Source: Octopus sinensis
Lineage: Eukaryota
DNA: 64,000 nucleotides
Assembly (NCBI RefSeq): GCF_006345805.1
Contig: NC_043014.1
Coordinates: 35,898,001 to 35,962,000 of the forward strand
Reading direction: 5' to 3'
Every line of letters starts with the position of its first letter. Positions within the stretch are counted from its first letter, which is position 1. Below the pieces are notes generated by a model. The model was not told the DNA's origin. It searched no databases and saw nothing but the letters and a program-made list of their open reading frames with translations. Of this stretch, positions 22,200 to 34,998 are shown piece after piece. Made by a program: the position numbers and the translations under genes.

Positions 22200-22730
22200 T
22201 GAAAGGAAGCGCTTGGAATCTGCCTATGCTCTGATTGATGATGTATCTAGCGATGATGTCACAATAAAAACACTGGTAATTGCGCAACCTGATAATCGCT
22301 ACCGCATATGAGTGACAATGAAAAAAAATATTGTGAATAACGGTGGTAATGAAACTGAATTGCCCTTAATGGTGACAATGTTACACCCGGCAGGCTCAGA
22401 GATACTGGTCCAACTCCAGCCTGCCGTTATCCAGCAAGGGACCAGCATACATAGCGTAGATGGAACAAACAAATCAATGCTGTGGTCATGGATGGTTACT
22501 ACCTGAGCCAATCCGTAGACGAAAATGGTGCTCATCTTAAGGGATACCGACAACGTATGTATGCTCAATGGAGAGAAAGAGCATGGTTTCAACTCACGGA
22601 ACAGAGATTATGTGATCAGGTTAGAGCGATAAGAAAATTCGTTGGTTCACAGAAGTAGAGCTCGAAGCTATCAAAAGACGGGTATTGGAAAGCAGCAACA
22701 GAGGAAACACTGAAAATACAGTTCCTACTA
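22200..22730 (+). mobile_element. 5' portion of an R4/Dong-clade non-LTR ORF
   Basis: RWNKQINAVVMDGYYLS...GYRQRMYAQWRE...TEQRLCDQVRAIRK..WFTEVELEAIKRR resembles the R4-clade N-terminal domain; begins right after (TAA)n. Confidence 0.65.
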
Positions 22731-22829
22731 ATAGAAGTAATCTTCTATTAGCAGAAAACGGAGGTGAAATCTCTAATAAATCACAGGAAAGGGCCGGTGA
22801 TAGCTTGCTCGATGAGAGACATATATGGT

Positions 22830-23790
22830 TTGGAAGAAGATGCTAGAATCTTTCTCGTGCCATTCAGTAACAACTTTAGCTGTGTGAATTAGTGCATTAT
22901 CATCCTGAAAGATTGTGTTTCCCTCCGGAAACAGTTTTGCAGCCATAGGATGAATTTGATCAGACGTAATGCTTAAATAGTCTTGACTATTAATTCTGCT
23001 ACGAAGGGAACTCACTGGGCCGGCGGATTTCCAAGATATATCTCCCCAGATCATCACAGATCCTCTTCACTGTTTAACAGTTGGAAGAGGGCAGTCTGAA
23101 TCAAATGCTTCTTTTGGCTATCTCCATACGTATACTCGACCGGTGATCGGAAATAAGGTAAAGGATGACTCGTCCGAGAAAATAACATTCTTCCACTGCT
23201 CTTGAGACAAATTCTGTGGGTTTTTACTCCACTCTAAACGCTTTGCAACATTTGTTTTTGAAAATAGTGGTTTTCTGATTGCAGCCCCACCGTGAAATCC
23301 GGCTTTGCGCAACTCCCGGTGAACAGTTTTTGTGGAAACTGGGTTCTCGAGGTGGTCATTAAGCTCTGCAGTAATTTTGGAAGCCGTACTTTTGTGATTC
23401 TTTCTAACAATTCGCGTCAGAGTCCGACGGTCCCTATCTGAAAGTTTTGGTTTTCTTCCGGAGTTTTGTTTCGACGAGATGGGAGTGGGGTTCCCTCTTT
23501 CTCAAAGGCTGTCATTATTTTCGAGGCAGTACTTCTTGACACACCATATATTTCGCCTGTTTTCGCTACGCTAACGCCTACCATACGAGCACCAACTATT
23601 TGACCTCTTTGAAAGTCCGATAGATCTGTCATTTTAATGAATTTTAATTAACTTTTTCTGATGATATCTGAAAAGAAACAGCAAATTTAGCAAAACATAT
23701 CAAGCAACACTAATGATAAATTAAAAAAAACATAAAAATGAACAAGCTTTTGACGATTTTATTGATCTTACAAAATTATGATGCCATGAT
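22830..23790 (-). pseudogene. Tc1-family transposase, frameshifted and 3'-truncated
   Basis: MTDLSDFQRGQIVGARM; WKNVIFSDESSFTLF; MIWGDISWKSAG; IFQDDNALIHTAKVV. Confidence 0.9.
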
Positions 23791-23817
23791 ATACATATAT
23801 GTATACGCACACACACA

Positions 23818-24040
<223 letters not shown>

Positions 24041-24070
24041 GGTAGTTGCTTGCCATGACTGTCACAACTG

Positions 24071-24167
24071 CCATCTCTGAAGAGCGCAGGGTTACATAAT
24101 TGGGTTGTTACCTAACACTCCGTTGAACCCTTAGTGCGAAACCGATTGGTAAGATCGGCCTTAATGG
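24071..24167 (+). ncRNA. Partly decayed type I hammerhead motif in a Penelope-type repeat
   Basis: ccatct-CTGAAGA-gcgcagggtt...aaccct(ta)gtgc-GAAA-ccgat-tggtaag-atcgg-cc-ttaatgg; the cleavage-site U is replaced by C. Confidence 0.5.
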
Positions 24168-24551
24168 ATATATAATATTGTACACTTTGATTAATATACA
24201 CATTCAACTGACAAATATTTTTTCTGACTTATGGATTCTTAGGTGGCTATATATATATATGTCATACGCAGATGAGATGCGATGATAAGTGAAGAAGAAC
24301 CCAGCCACGATTCTGTACAAATAATAGCTATATATTAACTTCATTTTAACCTCAAATTAGACGGTTAATCGAAAAAATCATCTCGGGCGAAATCGTGGTA
24401 ACACTCGTGTGTGTTATGTTATTGTTAATGATATGACTCAATGACAAAAACTGAAATTTCAAGTAAAAATTCAGCTCTGGTTGATTCAATCATGCTAAAA
24501 ATATCGTAAAAAAACTTATAATTGTCACATAAAAAATTCACACGCATCCCC

Positions 24552-24587
<36 letters not shown>

Positions 24588-24621
24588 CACACACAACACA
24601 GATAGATAGATAGATATATGC

Positions 24622-24662
<41 letters not shown>

Positions 24663-25399
24663 TATATATATGCATATACATGCATACAAACATACCTAGG
24701 CGCACATATATAATCATACATGCACTTAAATGAACTTAAGTGAACTTAAATGCGCATTTAAGTAACCTATACACGGGCAAATTCAATCTTAACCGACTAC
24801 CAATGAGGTGAGAGCAAAATGTGTTTAAGGGTGCGTGTATATATATATATGCATGCATGTATATATGTGTTTATGTATTATCTATCTTCCACGTGACCAG
24901 TGTTCGGTCCTTCTTTCTTGGTTCAACTACCATCCATGCAACATTTATATTCCTTCTTATGCCTGTCATCTCTTATGTCCCTGCCGAAAGGCTTCACTTC
25001 CACACATGCCAGCTTAATTTAGTTCGTCCTTAGTCGAAAGACACCTGCTGTATTTGTGTACCATTTCTCCGTCCTTGTTTTCGTATGCATTCGCTGCTTT
25101 CTTCCAAGGAATCTAGTGCTCTTAGCTTAGATTTTCCTTAGGGCTGGCCAGACTGGAGCAATCTCGAATATAACCAGCCGAAACTGCAAAGATAATCTGG
25201 AACTCGACTGAGGAAAGAAAACTCCGAATGACCCGTCCTTGTTTTTTCTTGTCCCTTTTTGTATCATCTAACTGTCTGGATGTTTTGTTGTCGCCAGTCC
25301 GTTCTTGTCCCATTTTTTGTATCCTTATATATATGTGTGTGGGGGGGTGAGTGAGTGTGTGTGGGGGGGTGAGTGTGTGTGTGTGTGTGTGTGTGTGCG

Positions 25400-25620
25400 T
25401 GTGTGTGTGTATACATAGTTAATCCAAACATGGACAAAGAGAAAACACAACAACGCGAGGACGTGGAACAAGTATAGTATTATTGGACGTTCAGGAAAGG
25501 AAAGAAAGAAGGAGGATTTAACGTTTCGAGCGAAGCTCTTCGTCAGAAATATAGAAAAGAAAAAAGTCCAAGGAGGGGAAGATGGAGAAAGAAAATCGCC
25601 AACGATACACACGCGGTTAA
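25400..25620 (-). mobile_element. Penelope-type terminal repeat related to family G
   Basis: Same layout as 4625-4840; contains the hammerhead motif at 25516-25550. Confidence 0.55.
25516..25550 (-). ncRNA. Minimal type I hammerhead ribozyme motif, intact core
   Basis: Minus strand attt-CTGACGA-a-gagc-ttc-gctc-GAAA-cgt-t-aaat. Confidence 0.6.
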
Positions 25621-25661
25621 CACATATATATGCATAGATATATATATTATATATATATATA

Positions 25662-25909
25662 TACTCTACTTTTTATTTGCTTCAGTCATTTGACTGTGGC
25701 TATGCTGGCGGCGCACTTTTTTAGTCGAGCAAATCGGACCCCAGGACTATTCTTTGTAAGCCTAGTACTTATTCTATCGGTCTCTTTTGCCGAACCGCTA
25801 AGTTACGGGACCGACGTAAACACACCAGCATCGGTTGTCAAGCGATGTTGGGGGGACAAACACAGACACACAAACAATACACATACACACATACACACAC
25901 ACACACAAA

Positions 25910-25956
<47 letters not shown>

Positions 25957-26120
25957 CGACGGGCTTCTTTCAGTTTCTGTCTACCTAATCCACTCATAAG
26001 GCTTTGGTCGACCTGAGACTATAGTAGAAGACACTTGTCGAAGGTGCCACGCAGTGGGACTGAACCCGGAACCATGTGGTTCGTAAGCAAGCTAACTACC
26101 ACACAGCCACTCCTACGCCT
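25662..26120 (-). mobile_element. SINE family A
   Basis: Full-length reverse copy with an expanded internal (CA)n. Confidence 0.9.
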
Positions 26121-26996
26121 TTAGAGAATATTTTATCTTGATTTTTTTTTATGTAGTCGACTTCCGTTAATTTCATATCATGTACTACTTTTCCGTGATC
26201 CTCTTTCATTTGACCTAGATATTTGAGTTGTTTTTTTTTTTTTTTTTTTTTCATTTTTTTTCTTTGTGCATTTTGCATTTCTGATCTTTCTGATGCCTTG
26301 GGATAGATATCAACGAATATGAGTTTGTTTTCTGGAGAACTGAAGCAGCAAATTTACCATTATGTTGTCTTAGTCATTTTGCCCCGGCCAAATTTGTTTT
26401 TTAAATGCCCAAAGGGAACGGCGATAACTCTCTGAAGTTGCGATACGATTATGTTACAATGCTTTTAATGCATTTAGAGAAGGTCATTTGCTTAGCTGAT
26501 GTAGTTCTTGTAAGGTAGTGAACATTTGTGAGAAATATATTATGTCTTAAAGTCAAAAGTGTAATAAAAACACCCTCATTTTGCTCCACCCCTATATATT
26601 TATAAATACACACGCATATATATGCGAATTTGCGTTTTACACACGGGAATTCATGAGCGATTTAGTTGTTATTTTTAGCACCATCACCTGATTCCTTACA
26701 CTCTCCATTGTCACTCCGACATTTATTGATGTTTTTCAATACTTTTCTCCCCATAAATACATTTAATGGGATGATGATGCACCTAAATGTGACACATTGT
26801 TGGGATTTAAGCAAAAAAAAAAAACGGACTGTCCGTACTTTAAACTTTCATTTTTTTAAATTCGGAAAGGAGTGGAACTTTTAAAGTGAGGTTTCAAAAC
26901 TTTTTTCAAATTTTTTTCTTTTTTCATAATCATATGATTTCCTTTCTGTAGAACACAAATTCGCAAAAACTTTATGTGTTATATGGGGTTCTTATA

Positions 26997-27053
<57 letters not shown>

Positions 27054-27061
27054 ATATATAT

Positions 27062-27744
27062 ACACACTAGCAGCGATACCCAGCGTTGCTCGGGATTAAA
27101 ATCGTATAGTTTATTTACATATTACAGTTATGTTGAAACAAGTGATACGGGAAAGTGCAGCATTGACGACAAAACTGGGCTAATTCGACTAAACGCCATG
27201 TAATACGTCCGTTTGGAGGATTCCAGGCCCCTAACCTGTCATGGAAAATTGGGAGTGGTGGGTATGTAATTTTTGAACCTACCGAAAAGCTGTCAGTGCA
27301 TATACTAGCCTTTGTGGCGGTCAGTGCTGCGTCTAACACGACACATCCTATAGTTGACAGTCAAATGAATAGAAGTGTAATGGAGACATTGTACGTAAAT
27401 GAGCACATTCCGGAAACGGGCTGCAATGGGAGACGGCAACGGGAAAGTAAACTGTTGAAATGTTGCAGAAGGCAAAGGGTTGACAATGGATTGCTAGTGT
27501 GGCTGTAGAATAAGAAACATAAAGTGAGCCTATGGAGTCACGTGAGCCTATGGAGTCACATGAGAATGAATTACTTGAAAAAATAAGGCATAATGGCTTA
27601 CCGCATGGTATGTATATAGTATGTTTGCATTTTTGTATTCAGTGTAAATTAACGAAATAGAAGCACATGTATGGAGCTGCTAATTTAACAGTAAATGCCA
27701 CAATAATTATTACAGAGAGACAAAGAATTATATTATATATATAT

Positions 27745-27750
<6 letters not shown>
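27062..27750 (-). mobile_element. Non-autonomous Helitron-like element
   Basis: Minus-strand 3' end with GC hairpin (cccagcgttgctcggg 27079-27094) about 10 nt before CTAGT; the opposite end reads tctatatatata...ttctttgtctctctgt. Confidence 0.5.
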
Positions 27751-27843
<93 letters not shown>

Positions 27844-28024
27844 TAGATATAGCTTAAATTTCTTAATGTAAGGGAAAATATGTAATTGTAAATACATTGC
27901 AATCTTACATCTGCTGCGATAATTATTAACTGCAATGGAAGAGTATATGAGTATTTTTATATATATACCTTGGACCTTGCCACCTCTAGCACTTACATAC
28001 ATATATTCAGGCATGCCAGTCGTC

Positions 28025-28830
28025 ACATGTATATGTAGATGTGTGTGTGTGCGTGTGTGTGTGGTTGTTACGTATGTAACGTGGAAACATACACACTCAC
28101 AGACACATACACGCTCATACACTCACAGGCAGATGCACACTCATATACAAAATGTGACGTCGTCGTCGTCGTGGTATATAATATTCCTGGCATACACCCA
28201 CACACATATACTAAGATAGCCACACAGGGACATACAATAATGTATGTCAGTCGTTACACATGTATATGTGGAGATGTGTGTATGTTTAATAATGTACCTA
28301 ACGTGGAAAGACATACACACACTATGAAACATATATACCCTTATACACTTACATACACTCACAGACAGGTACAGAGTCATATACAAAATGTGATGTGTTG
28401 TCGCCGTGGTATAAAATGTCTTGTTGACAATAAAAAGATTATCACTATGAAATGTTATATTGTTTTAAAGGAAATGAAAATAAAATTTCATATTGACATT
28501 GACCAGCGCTCACATACATATATCAAGATGAAACTTCGTATTGACATTAGCATATAGTTAGGTAGACACACACAGGCATACATTCACGCATGTCTGTCTT
28601 CACATATGTATGTGTAGATGTGCGTGCGTGTGTTTAATAACGTACATTTACACATGTACTATTACATATGTTTAGATGTGTGTATGTTTAATAACGTATC
28701 TAACGCGGAAAGACACACACACTGAGACATACACACACTCATACACTTACACTCGCAGACTGATACACAGTCATATACAAAATGGGATGTCATTGTCGTT
28801 GTGGTATAAAATGTCCTGTTGACAATAGAA
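28025..28830. repeat. Three diverged copies of a 150-190 bp CA-rich module
   Basis: aacg(t/c)ggaaa...catatacaaaatg...gtggtata at about 28030, 28262 and 28668. Confidence 0.7.
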
Positions 28831-30267
28831 AGATTATCGTTGTCGATGTCGTGGCTAGAATTAAAAGTAAAAGTATAAAAGTTAACAATATATCACATTA
28901 CAATATAAATGTTATTCTTTCACTTTTATTCTTTGACTTTTGACACGTAATACCAAATAAGTGCCAATATAGCACTGTTTTAATGCAAATGACAAAAAAA
29001 AATTACACGTTGACACTCACGGGATTTGATACTATTGGCATGTAAAATTTGATTTGATTTGGTTGAATCGTTTGAGAAAGAATTGTGAACAGTCAGAGAG
29101 AGACAAAGGATTATACACAGACACACACACATATTTATTAATTCATAATAGAATATAAGGATAAAAATCACATTAATGACTTTTATCAGGTAGTCAGTAT
29201 GCTATAAGAATTTATAGGCAATTTATACATTAAATTAATAACGATATACATATGTATATTATTATATTAAGGGAGGAAGGGCAAAAAAGAACTATCTTTG
29301 AAGTGCCAATACCTTCACCGACACTACAAGTATGCTGAAGATAGGTCGTTTTCATCCTTGCTCCCTTGATATAATTATATACATATATACATTATTATTA
29401 ATTATATATATGTGTGTGTGTGTTTATACATAGATACATACATACAAACGCATATAACAATTGCCTTATGTATTTACCAAACACACAAGTTATCGGTCAA
29501 CATGGGTCTATAATAAAACACATTCGAACATGATGCTACTAATCTAGAAACCTTATTTTGAAGCAAAGTTAATCCCGTATCATACAGTCATATTTCCGCC
29601 AAATACCCAATCTTTCTGCTGTTTTCACGGCTATACTGCGTTCGAAATATCACTTCCTTGTCTGTACAATGCAATACACATTCGACGCTTCCAAAACTAA
29701 AACAAAAAATTTATTTACATTTTATAGAAAAGTACTTCCAAGAAGAGAATAGTTATTTTGTGCGTACATTTTCTGTTTCCTGCCTTTCTATGACCCTCAT
29801 CCAAGCTCTCAAACTTCTAAGTGATTAAAAACAATTCCAACTCATATACCACTTACCAGCTCACGCATGTCACTTCAGCACTTACTAGGAAGAACCTATA
29901 TATCAGAACAGAACGTGCAATTATATTAATAAATTTGTAGTATAATACTCTGAGACCCACTTGTGAAGAGAAAACTCGCACTCCTTTAATATCCAGCTTA
30001 CACGTTGCGTTTTTTAAGACCTTGCGTAAATCCCAGTGGTTCCGGTTTCAAATCCCATGCTCTAAGTTTCGACTCTAGAAATTATGGTAAGCCTAATTAT
30101 AGGTCTGGTTGATTAGGACCGACTTGGGACTAAATAACCAATCCCCACCATTATCACCATCATCATCATGGCCCGGCTTCGCGAACGAAGATCAGGAAGG
30201 CTGTCCACGTCGCGTGCATGCACGCTCATGACTGACAGTTAAATTAACCACCAATGCTGATCAGACC

Positions 30268-30445
30268 TGGCTGCGGATCGTGATGTCTGGCGCCACAAGA
30301 TCTTCAGTGCAGTCAGCAAGTTTGAGGAACAAAGAAGAGACGCACTTAAAGACAAGAGACGCAGGAGGAAAGCGCGAGCCGCCTCTGACACCACACCGGA
30401 TGTTACCTTCGTCTGTGGACACTGCTCACGGACCTGCCTTCCCCC
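30268..30445 (+). mobile_element. RTE LINE C-terminal fragment
   Basis: DLAADRDVWRHKIFSAVSKFEEQRRDALKDKRRRRK...FVCGHCSRTC, an RTE-type tail with zinc finger. Confidence 0.7.
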
Positions 30446-30664
30446 CCACCACCATTATACGCCTATAATAATTACACCACCATCACTATCAGTATCACCT
30501 CAATCATTACCATCACCACTATCAATGCTCATATCAGTATCTCAACCACTCAGCTACTTTATTTCACGAAAATTCGCCATTAAGACGTTACATAGAGGGG
30601 ACATACAAACATATAGGGTGAAGTAACTTAAAACGTTTTAGTATTTACAATATAATGGGTACAG

Positions 30665-31260
30665 TATTTATTTCTTTACTACCCACAAGGGGCTAAACAC
30701 AGAGGGGACAAACAAGGACAGACAAAGCGATTAAGTCGATTCCATCGATCCCCAGTGAGTAACTGGTACTTAATTTATCGACCCCGAAAGGATGAAAGGC
30801 AAAGTCAACCTCGGCTGGGTACAGTATTTACAATATAAAGTTTACAAATTTAATGTTACATAGTAGGGCAAGGAACCCAGCCATCTGGGTAGAACCTTTA
30901 CTTCTTGATCCGGCCACACTTACCTGGTGCCAAACATACCCAGCTTGCAAGCCGCAGGCTTCCATCTTTTCACAAACATATTTCGTGACAGACACCTCTT
31001 CTCCAGCCTCAGCTACTTAACATACCTATTTCTTTATTACCCACAAGGGGCTAAAAATAGAGGGACAAACAAGGACAGACATAGGTATTAAGTCGATTAC
31101 ATCGACCCCAGTGCGTAACATGCACTTATTTAATCGACCCCGAAAGGATGAAAGGCAAAGTCGACCTCGGCGGAATTTGAACTCAGAACGTAACGGCAGA
31201 CGAAATACAGCTAAAGCATTTCACCCGGCGTGCTAACGTTTCTGCCAGATCGCCGCCTAA
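30665..31260 (-). mobile_element. Two SINE family B copies (30665-30817 truncated; 31025-31260 full)
   Basis: Family B consensus; the second copy is flanked by taacatacc duplications (31018-31026 and 31258-31266). Confidence 0.88.
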
Positions 31261-31477
31261 CATACCGTCTTCTTCGGCTTGACACTATCGAGGTCAACAC
31301 AAGAATATATCTAACTCATTTTGCAATTTGTGATTTCGCTGTTTACTGCAGTGTTTCTTAACCATTTTTTAATCTATGAACCCAATTGATATCTATTTTG
31401 ACTGGATGTATCCTCCTAATCATCTGATGTTAAAAAAAAAAAAATCATATTATATTTTTATAATTAAATATTCGGAG

Positions 31478-31709
31478 TTTTACTCTTTTACTTGTTTCAG
31501 TCATTTGACGGTGGCCATGCTGGAGCATCGCCTTTAGTCGAGCAAATCGACCCCAGGACTTATTCTTTGTAAGCCTAGTACTTATTCTATCGGTCTTCTT
31601 TTGCCGAACCGCTAAGTTACGGGGACGTAGACACACCAGCATCGGTTGTGAAGCGATGTTGGGGGGGGGGACAAATACAGACACAAACACACACACACAC
31701 ATATATATA

Positions 31710-31760
<51 letters not shown>

Positions 31761-32045
31761 TATATATACGACGGGCTTCTTTTCAGTTTCCATCTACCAA
31801 ATCCGCTCACAAGGCTTTGGTCGGCCCAAGTAGAAGACACTTGCCCAAGGTGCCACGCAGTTGGACTGAACCGATGCTGGTGTGTTTATGTCCCCGTAAC
31901 TTAGCGGTTCGGCAAAACAGACCGATAGAATAAGTACTGGGCTTACAAAGAATAAGTCCCGGGGTCGAGTTGCTCGATTAAAAAAAAAAAAAAAGCGGTG
32001 CTCCAGCATGGCCGCAGTCAAATGACTGAAACAAGTAAAAGAGTA
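31478..32045. mobile_element. Inverted pair of SINE family A (minus copy 31478-31872 fused to plus 3' half 31870-32045)
   Basis: The head of the minus copy breaks at gaacc and continues as gatgctggtgtgtttatgtcccc...gaaacaagtaaaagagta. Confidence 0.88.
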
Positions 32046-32204
32046 TATATTCTTCAGTAAAAAAAAAAAACAATAGAAAATGTGAATATGTTTGTGTTCA
32101 GGAATATATGACAGATCAGCATGTAGTTTGTCTACCCCTGTCCTAACAAAGGAAGTGAAAAAGTCAAGTCGTTCCCGCCCCAGGAAACACAAAGGAAACT
32201 AAAT

Positions 32205-32255
32205 TAGCAGCAGCAGCAGTAGTAGTAATAGTAGTAGTAGTAGTAGTAGTAGTAA

Positions 32256-32292
<37 letters not shown>

Positions 32293-32338
32293 GGTGGTGG
32301 TGGTGATTGTAGTAGTAGTACTAGTGGTGGTGGTGGTG

Positions 32339-32369
<31 letters not shown>

Positions 32370-32578
32370 CGGTGGTGGTGGTGGTGGTAGTAGTAGTAGT
32401 AGTGGTGGTGGTGGTGGTGGTTGTAGTAGTAGTAGTGGTGGTGGTGGTGGTGGTTGTAGTAGTAGTAGTAGTAGTAGCGGTGGTGGTGGTGGTAGTAGTA
32501 GTAGTGGTGGTGGTGGTGGTGGTTGTAGTAGTAGTGGTAGTAGTAGTAGTGGTGGTGGTTGTTGTAGTAGTAGTAGTT

Positions 32579-32610
<32 letters not shown>

Positions 32611-32701
32611 GGTGGTAGTAGTAGTAGTAGTGGTGGTGGTGGTGGTTGTAGTAGTAGTGGTAGTAGTAGTAGTGGTGGTGGTGGTGGTTGTAGTAGTAGT
32701 G

Positions 32702-32750
<49 letters not shown>

Positions 32751-32770
32751 CGGCGGTAGTAGTAGTAGTA
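32205..32770. repeat. Long (AGT)n/(GGT)n compound microsatellite
   Basis: Direct reading; the source of the poly-V and poly-L/P ORFs. Confidence 0.95.
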
Positions 32771-33014
32771 GTAGTGATGGTGGTGCTGATGATGCTGGCG
32801 GCAGAAGTGACAACAGCAGCGGCAGTTGGATGAGGAAGCTGAAGTATGATAAATGGAATTCTACAAGTGGTGACGATATCACGTTCCGAAGCGTACCTTA
32901 CGTAATAGGTCCTCCCCTTTTCCGTTCAGACGATGGGTTCTTATTTGATGAACATTTACTTGCTTACAACCAGCCAAACGAATGAACACTTATGTTCGTG
33001 AAGATAACTCTGGA

Positions 33015-33338
33015 CTATGTGTGTGTCTTTGTGTGTGTGTGTGTGTGTGTGTTGTGTGTGTGCGCGTGTGTGTGTGTGTGTATGTGTTTGCTTTGTGTTC
33101 GAGTGTATGTGTATGTGTATGTGTGGTGTGTGTGTGTTTTGTGTATGTGTGTGCGCGCGTGTGTGTGTGTGTGTGTGTTTGCTTTGTGTTCGAGTGTATG
33201 TGTATGTGTATGTGTGGTGTGTGTGTGTGGTGTGTGTGTGTTTTGTGCGTTTTGTGTATGTGTTTGCTTTGTGTGTTTTGTGTATGTGTGTGTGTGCGCG
33301 TGTGTGTGTGTGTGTGTTTGCTTTGTGTTCGAGTGTAT

Positions 33339-33370
<32 letters not shown>

Positions 33371-33830
33371 TTTGTGTATGTGTTTGCTTTGTGTGTTTTG
33401 TATATGTGTGTGTGTGCGCGTGTGTGTGTGTGTGTGTTTGCTTTGTGTTCGAGTGTATGTGTATGTGTATGTGTGTTTTGTGTGTGTGTTTTGTGAATAT
33501 GTGTGTGTTTTTTGTGTGTGTGTGTGTTTGCTTTGTGTGTATGTGTATGTGTATGCGTGTGTGTGTGTGTGTTTGCTTTGTGTGTATGTGTGTTTGTTCT
33601 GTGTGCGTGTGTTTGCTTTGTGTGTGTGTGTGTGTGTTTTGTGAATGTGTTTGCTTTGTGTGTGTGTGTTTTTTTGCGTGTGTTTGTTCTGTGTGTGTGT
33701 GTGTTTTGTGTATGTGTGTTTGTTTTATGTGTGTGTGTTTTTGTGTATGTGTGTGTGTGTTTTGTGTCTGTGTGTATGTGTGTTTGTTTTGTGTGTGTGC
33801 GAGCTTGCTTTGTGTGTGTGTGTTTGCGCG
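33015..33830. repeat. GT-rich minisatellite with higher-order units
   Basis: gtttgctttgtgttcgagtgtatgtgtatgtg recurs at about 33087, 33177, 33316 and 33436 among (GT)n. Confidence 0.85.
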
Positions 33831-34034
33831 CGCTAGTAATTTTAGATATGTTTAACATCACAGAAACTTCTGATTGAAGTCAATTATTATTTCCATCACC
33901 ATCCACCTAATGAAGGTGTATATCAGCCGAAATGTTGTGTTAACAACAAACAAGATGAGGACAAATATCTGTCAAATGTAAATAATAGGTCAAGCAACTG
34001 CGCAAAGTAGATGTGGGGAGCCCTATTTATACTA

Positions 34035-34323
34035 GGGACAAATTACGATCAACCTCCAGTGTTTGGCCTTGAGCAAAAAAAAAAAAAAATAGTGCAACGG
34101 GTGTAAAACATGTAGTAAAGGAATATGAAAAAAATGCGCGCTGGTGAATGGGGGGCGGGGAAGAGGACTCGAAAAATTTACATCGGGAATATTTCGAGTC
34201 CTCTCACCCTCCGACCCCCCCCCGTTCGGCAGCGCGCATTTTTTTCCTATTCGTCTATTACATGTTGTTTTACACCTATTGCACTATTTTTTTTTGCTCG
34301 GGTCAAAGACTGGAATTTGACCC
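34035..34323. mobile_element. Foldback/MITE-like element, arms about 125-140 bp, loop about 17 nt
   Basis: ccagt...gagcaaaaaaa..tagtgcaa..ggtgtaaaaca...atgcgcgctg...gaggactcgaaa is mirrored by tttcgagtcctc...cagcgcgcat...ttttacacc..ttgcacta..ttttgctc...actgg. Confidence 0.88.
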
Positions 34324-34998
34324 AAATTACAAGTTCATAAGAACCTGTGGGAGCACTTCTATCATGAGAAAAAATAACAAAACTTTATATATATATATGT
34401 AGTAAAATGAAATGAAGTATTGATTGTCTTATTGAATAGATGAAATATTGAATATAAAATATTAAGGGACTAGTATACTTTCTTGCATTAAAGCAGTCTT
34501 CAAGGTCCCAGGTTGTGACAAGAGTCATATTCTATATTCTACATTAATATTATAAAGAATATAAATAAAACATAGACACCACCTTGAAGGATTTAGTCGA
34601 ACAAATCGCTCCACCCCAGTGGCGGCTAGTAGATAAAATTAGCGGGGATGCTCCTTCAGGAAATTTTTAGCCGTTGTTTTAATATTGTGTAAAAGGAAAC
34701 AAACACATAAAAAGAATATTTATACATAAACTTGATTGGTTCGCGTTTTAGCCACTGCCGGGTAGTGTGTTTAATTTGTTCACTGAACACCAATACCATC
34801 GAGAAACTACGTAAAGGTTTCGCTTTCATTGTCTCATTCTGATTTCTGGTACGTCGACAATGCAGGTTTCCAATTGGTTAAAATTGCATAATTTTAAGCG
34901 CTTGTAACTTTCTTTATTATCAATTTCTAGGAAAATGAATGCAATTTTTGTCATCAGTATGCAAAATTACATTAGGGTAGAACATTTGAAAAGAGTAT

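Noticed and set aside
32199-33877. Longest ORFs in the track (227-301 aa)
   Set aside because: Entirely (AGT/GGT)n and (GT)n repeats; no protein-like content.
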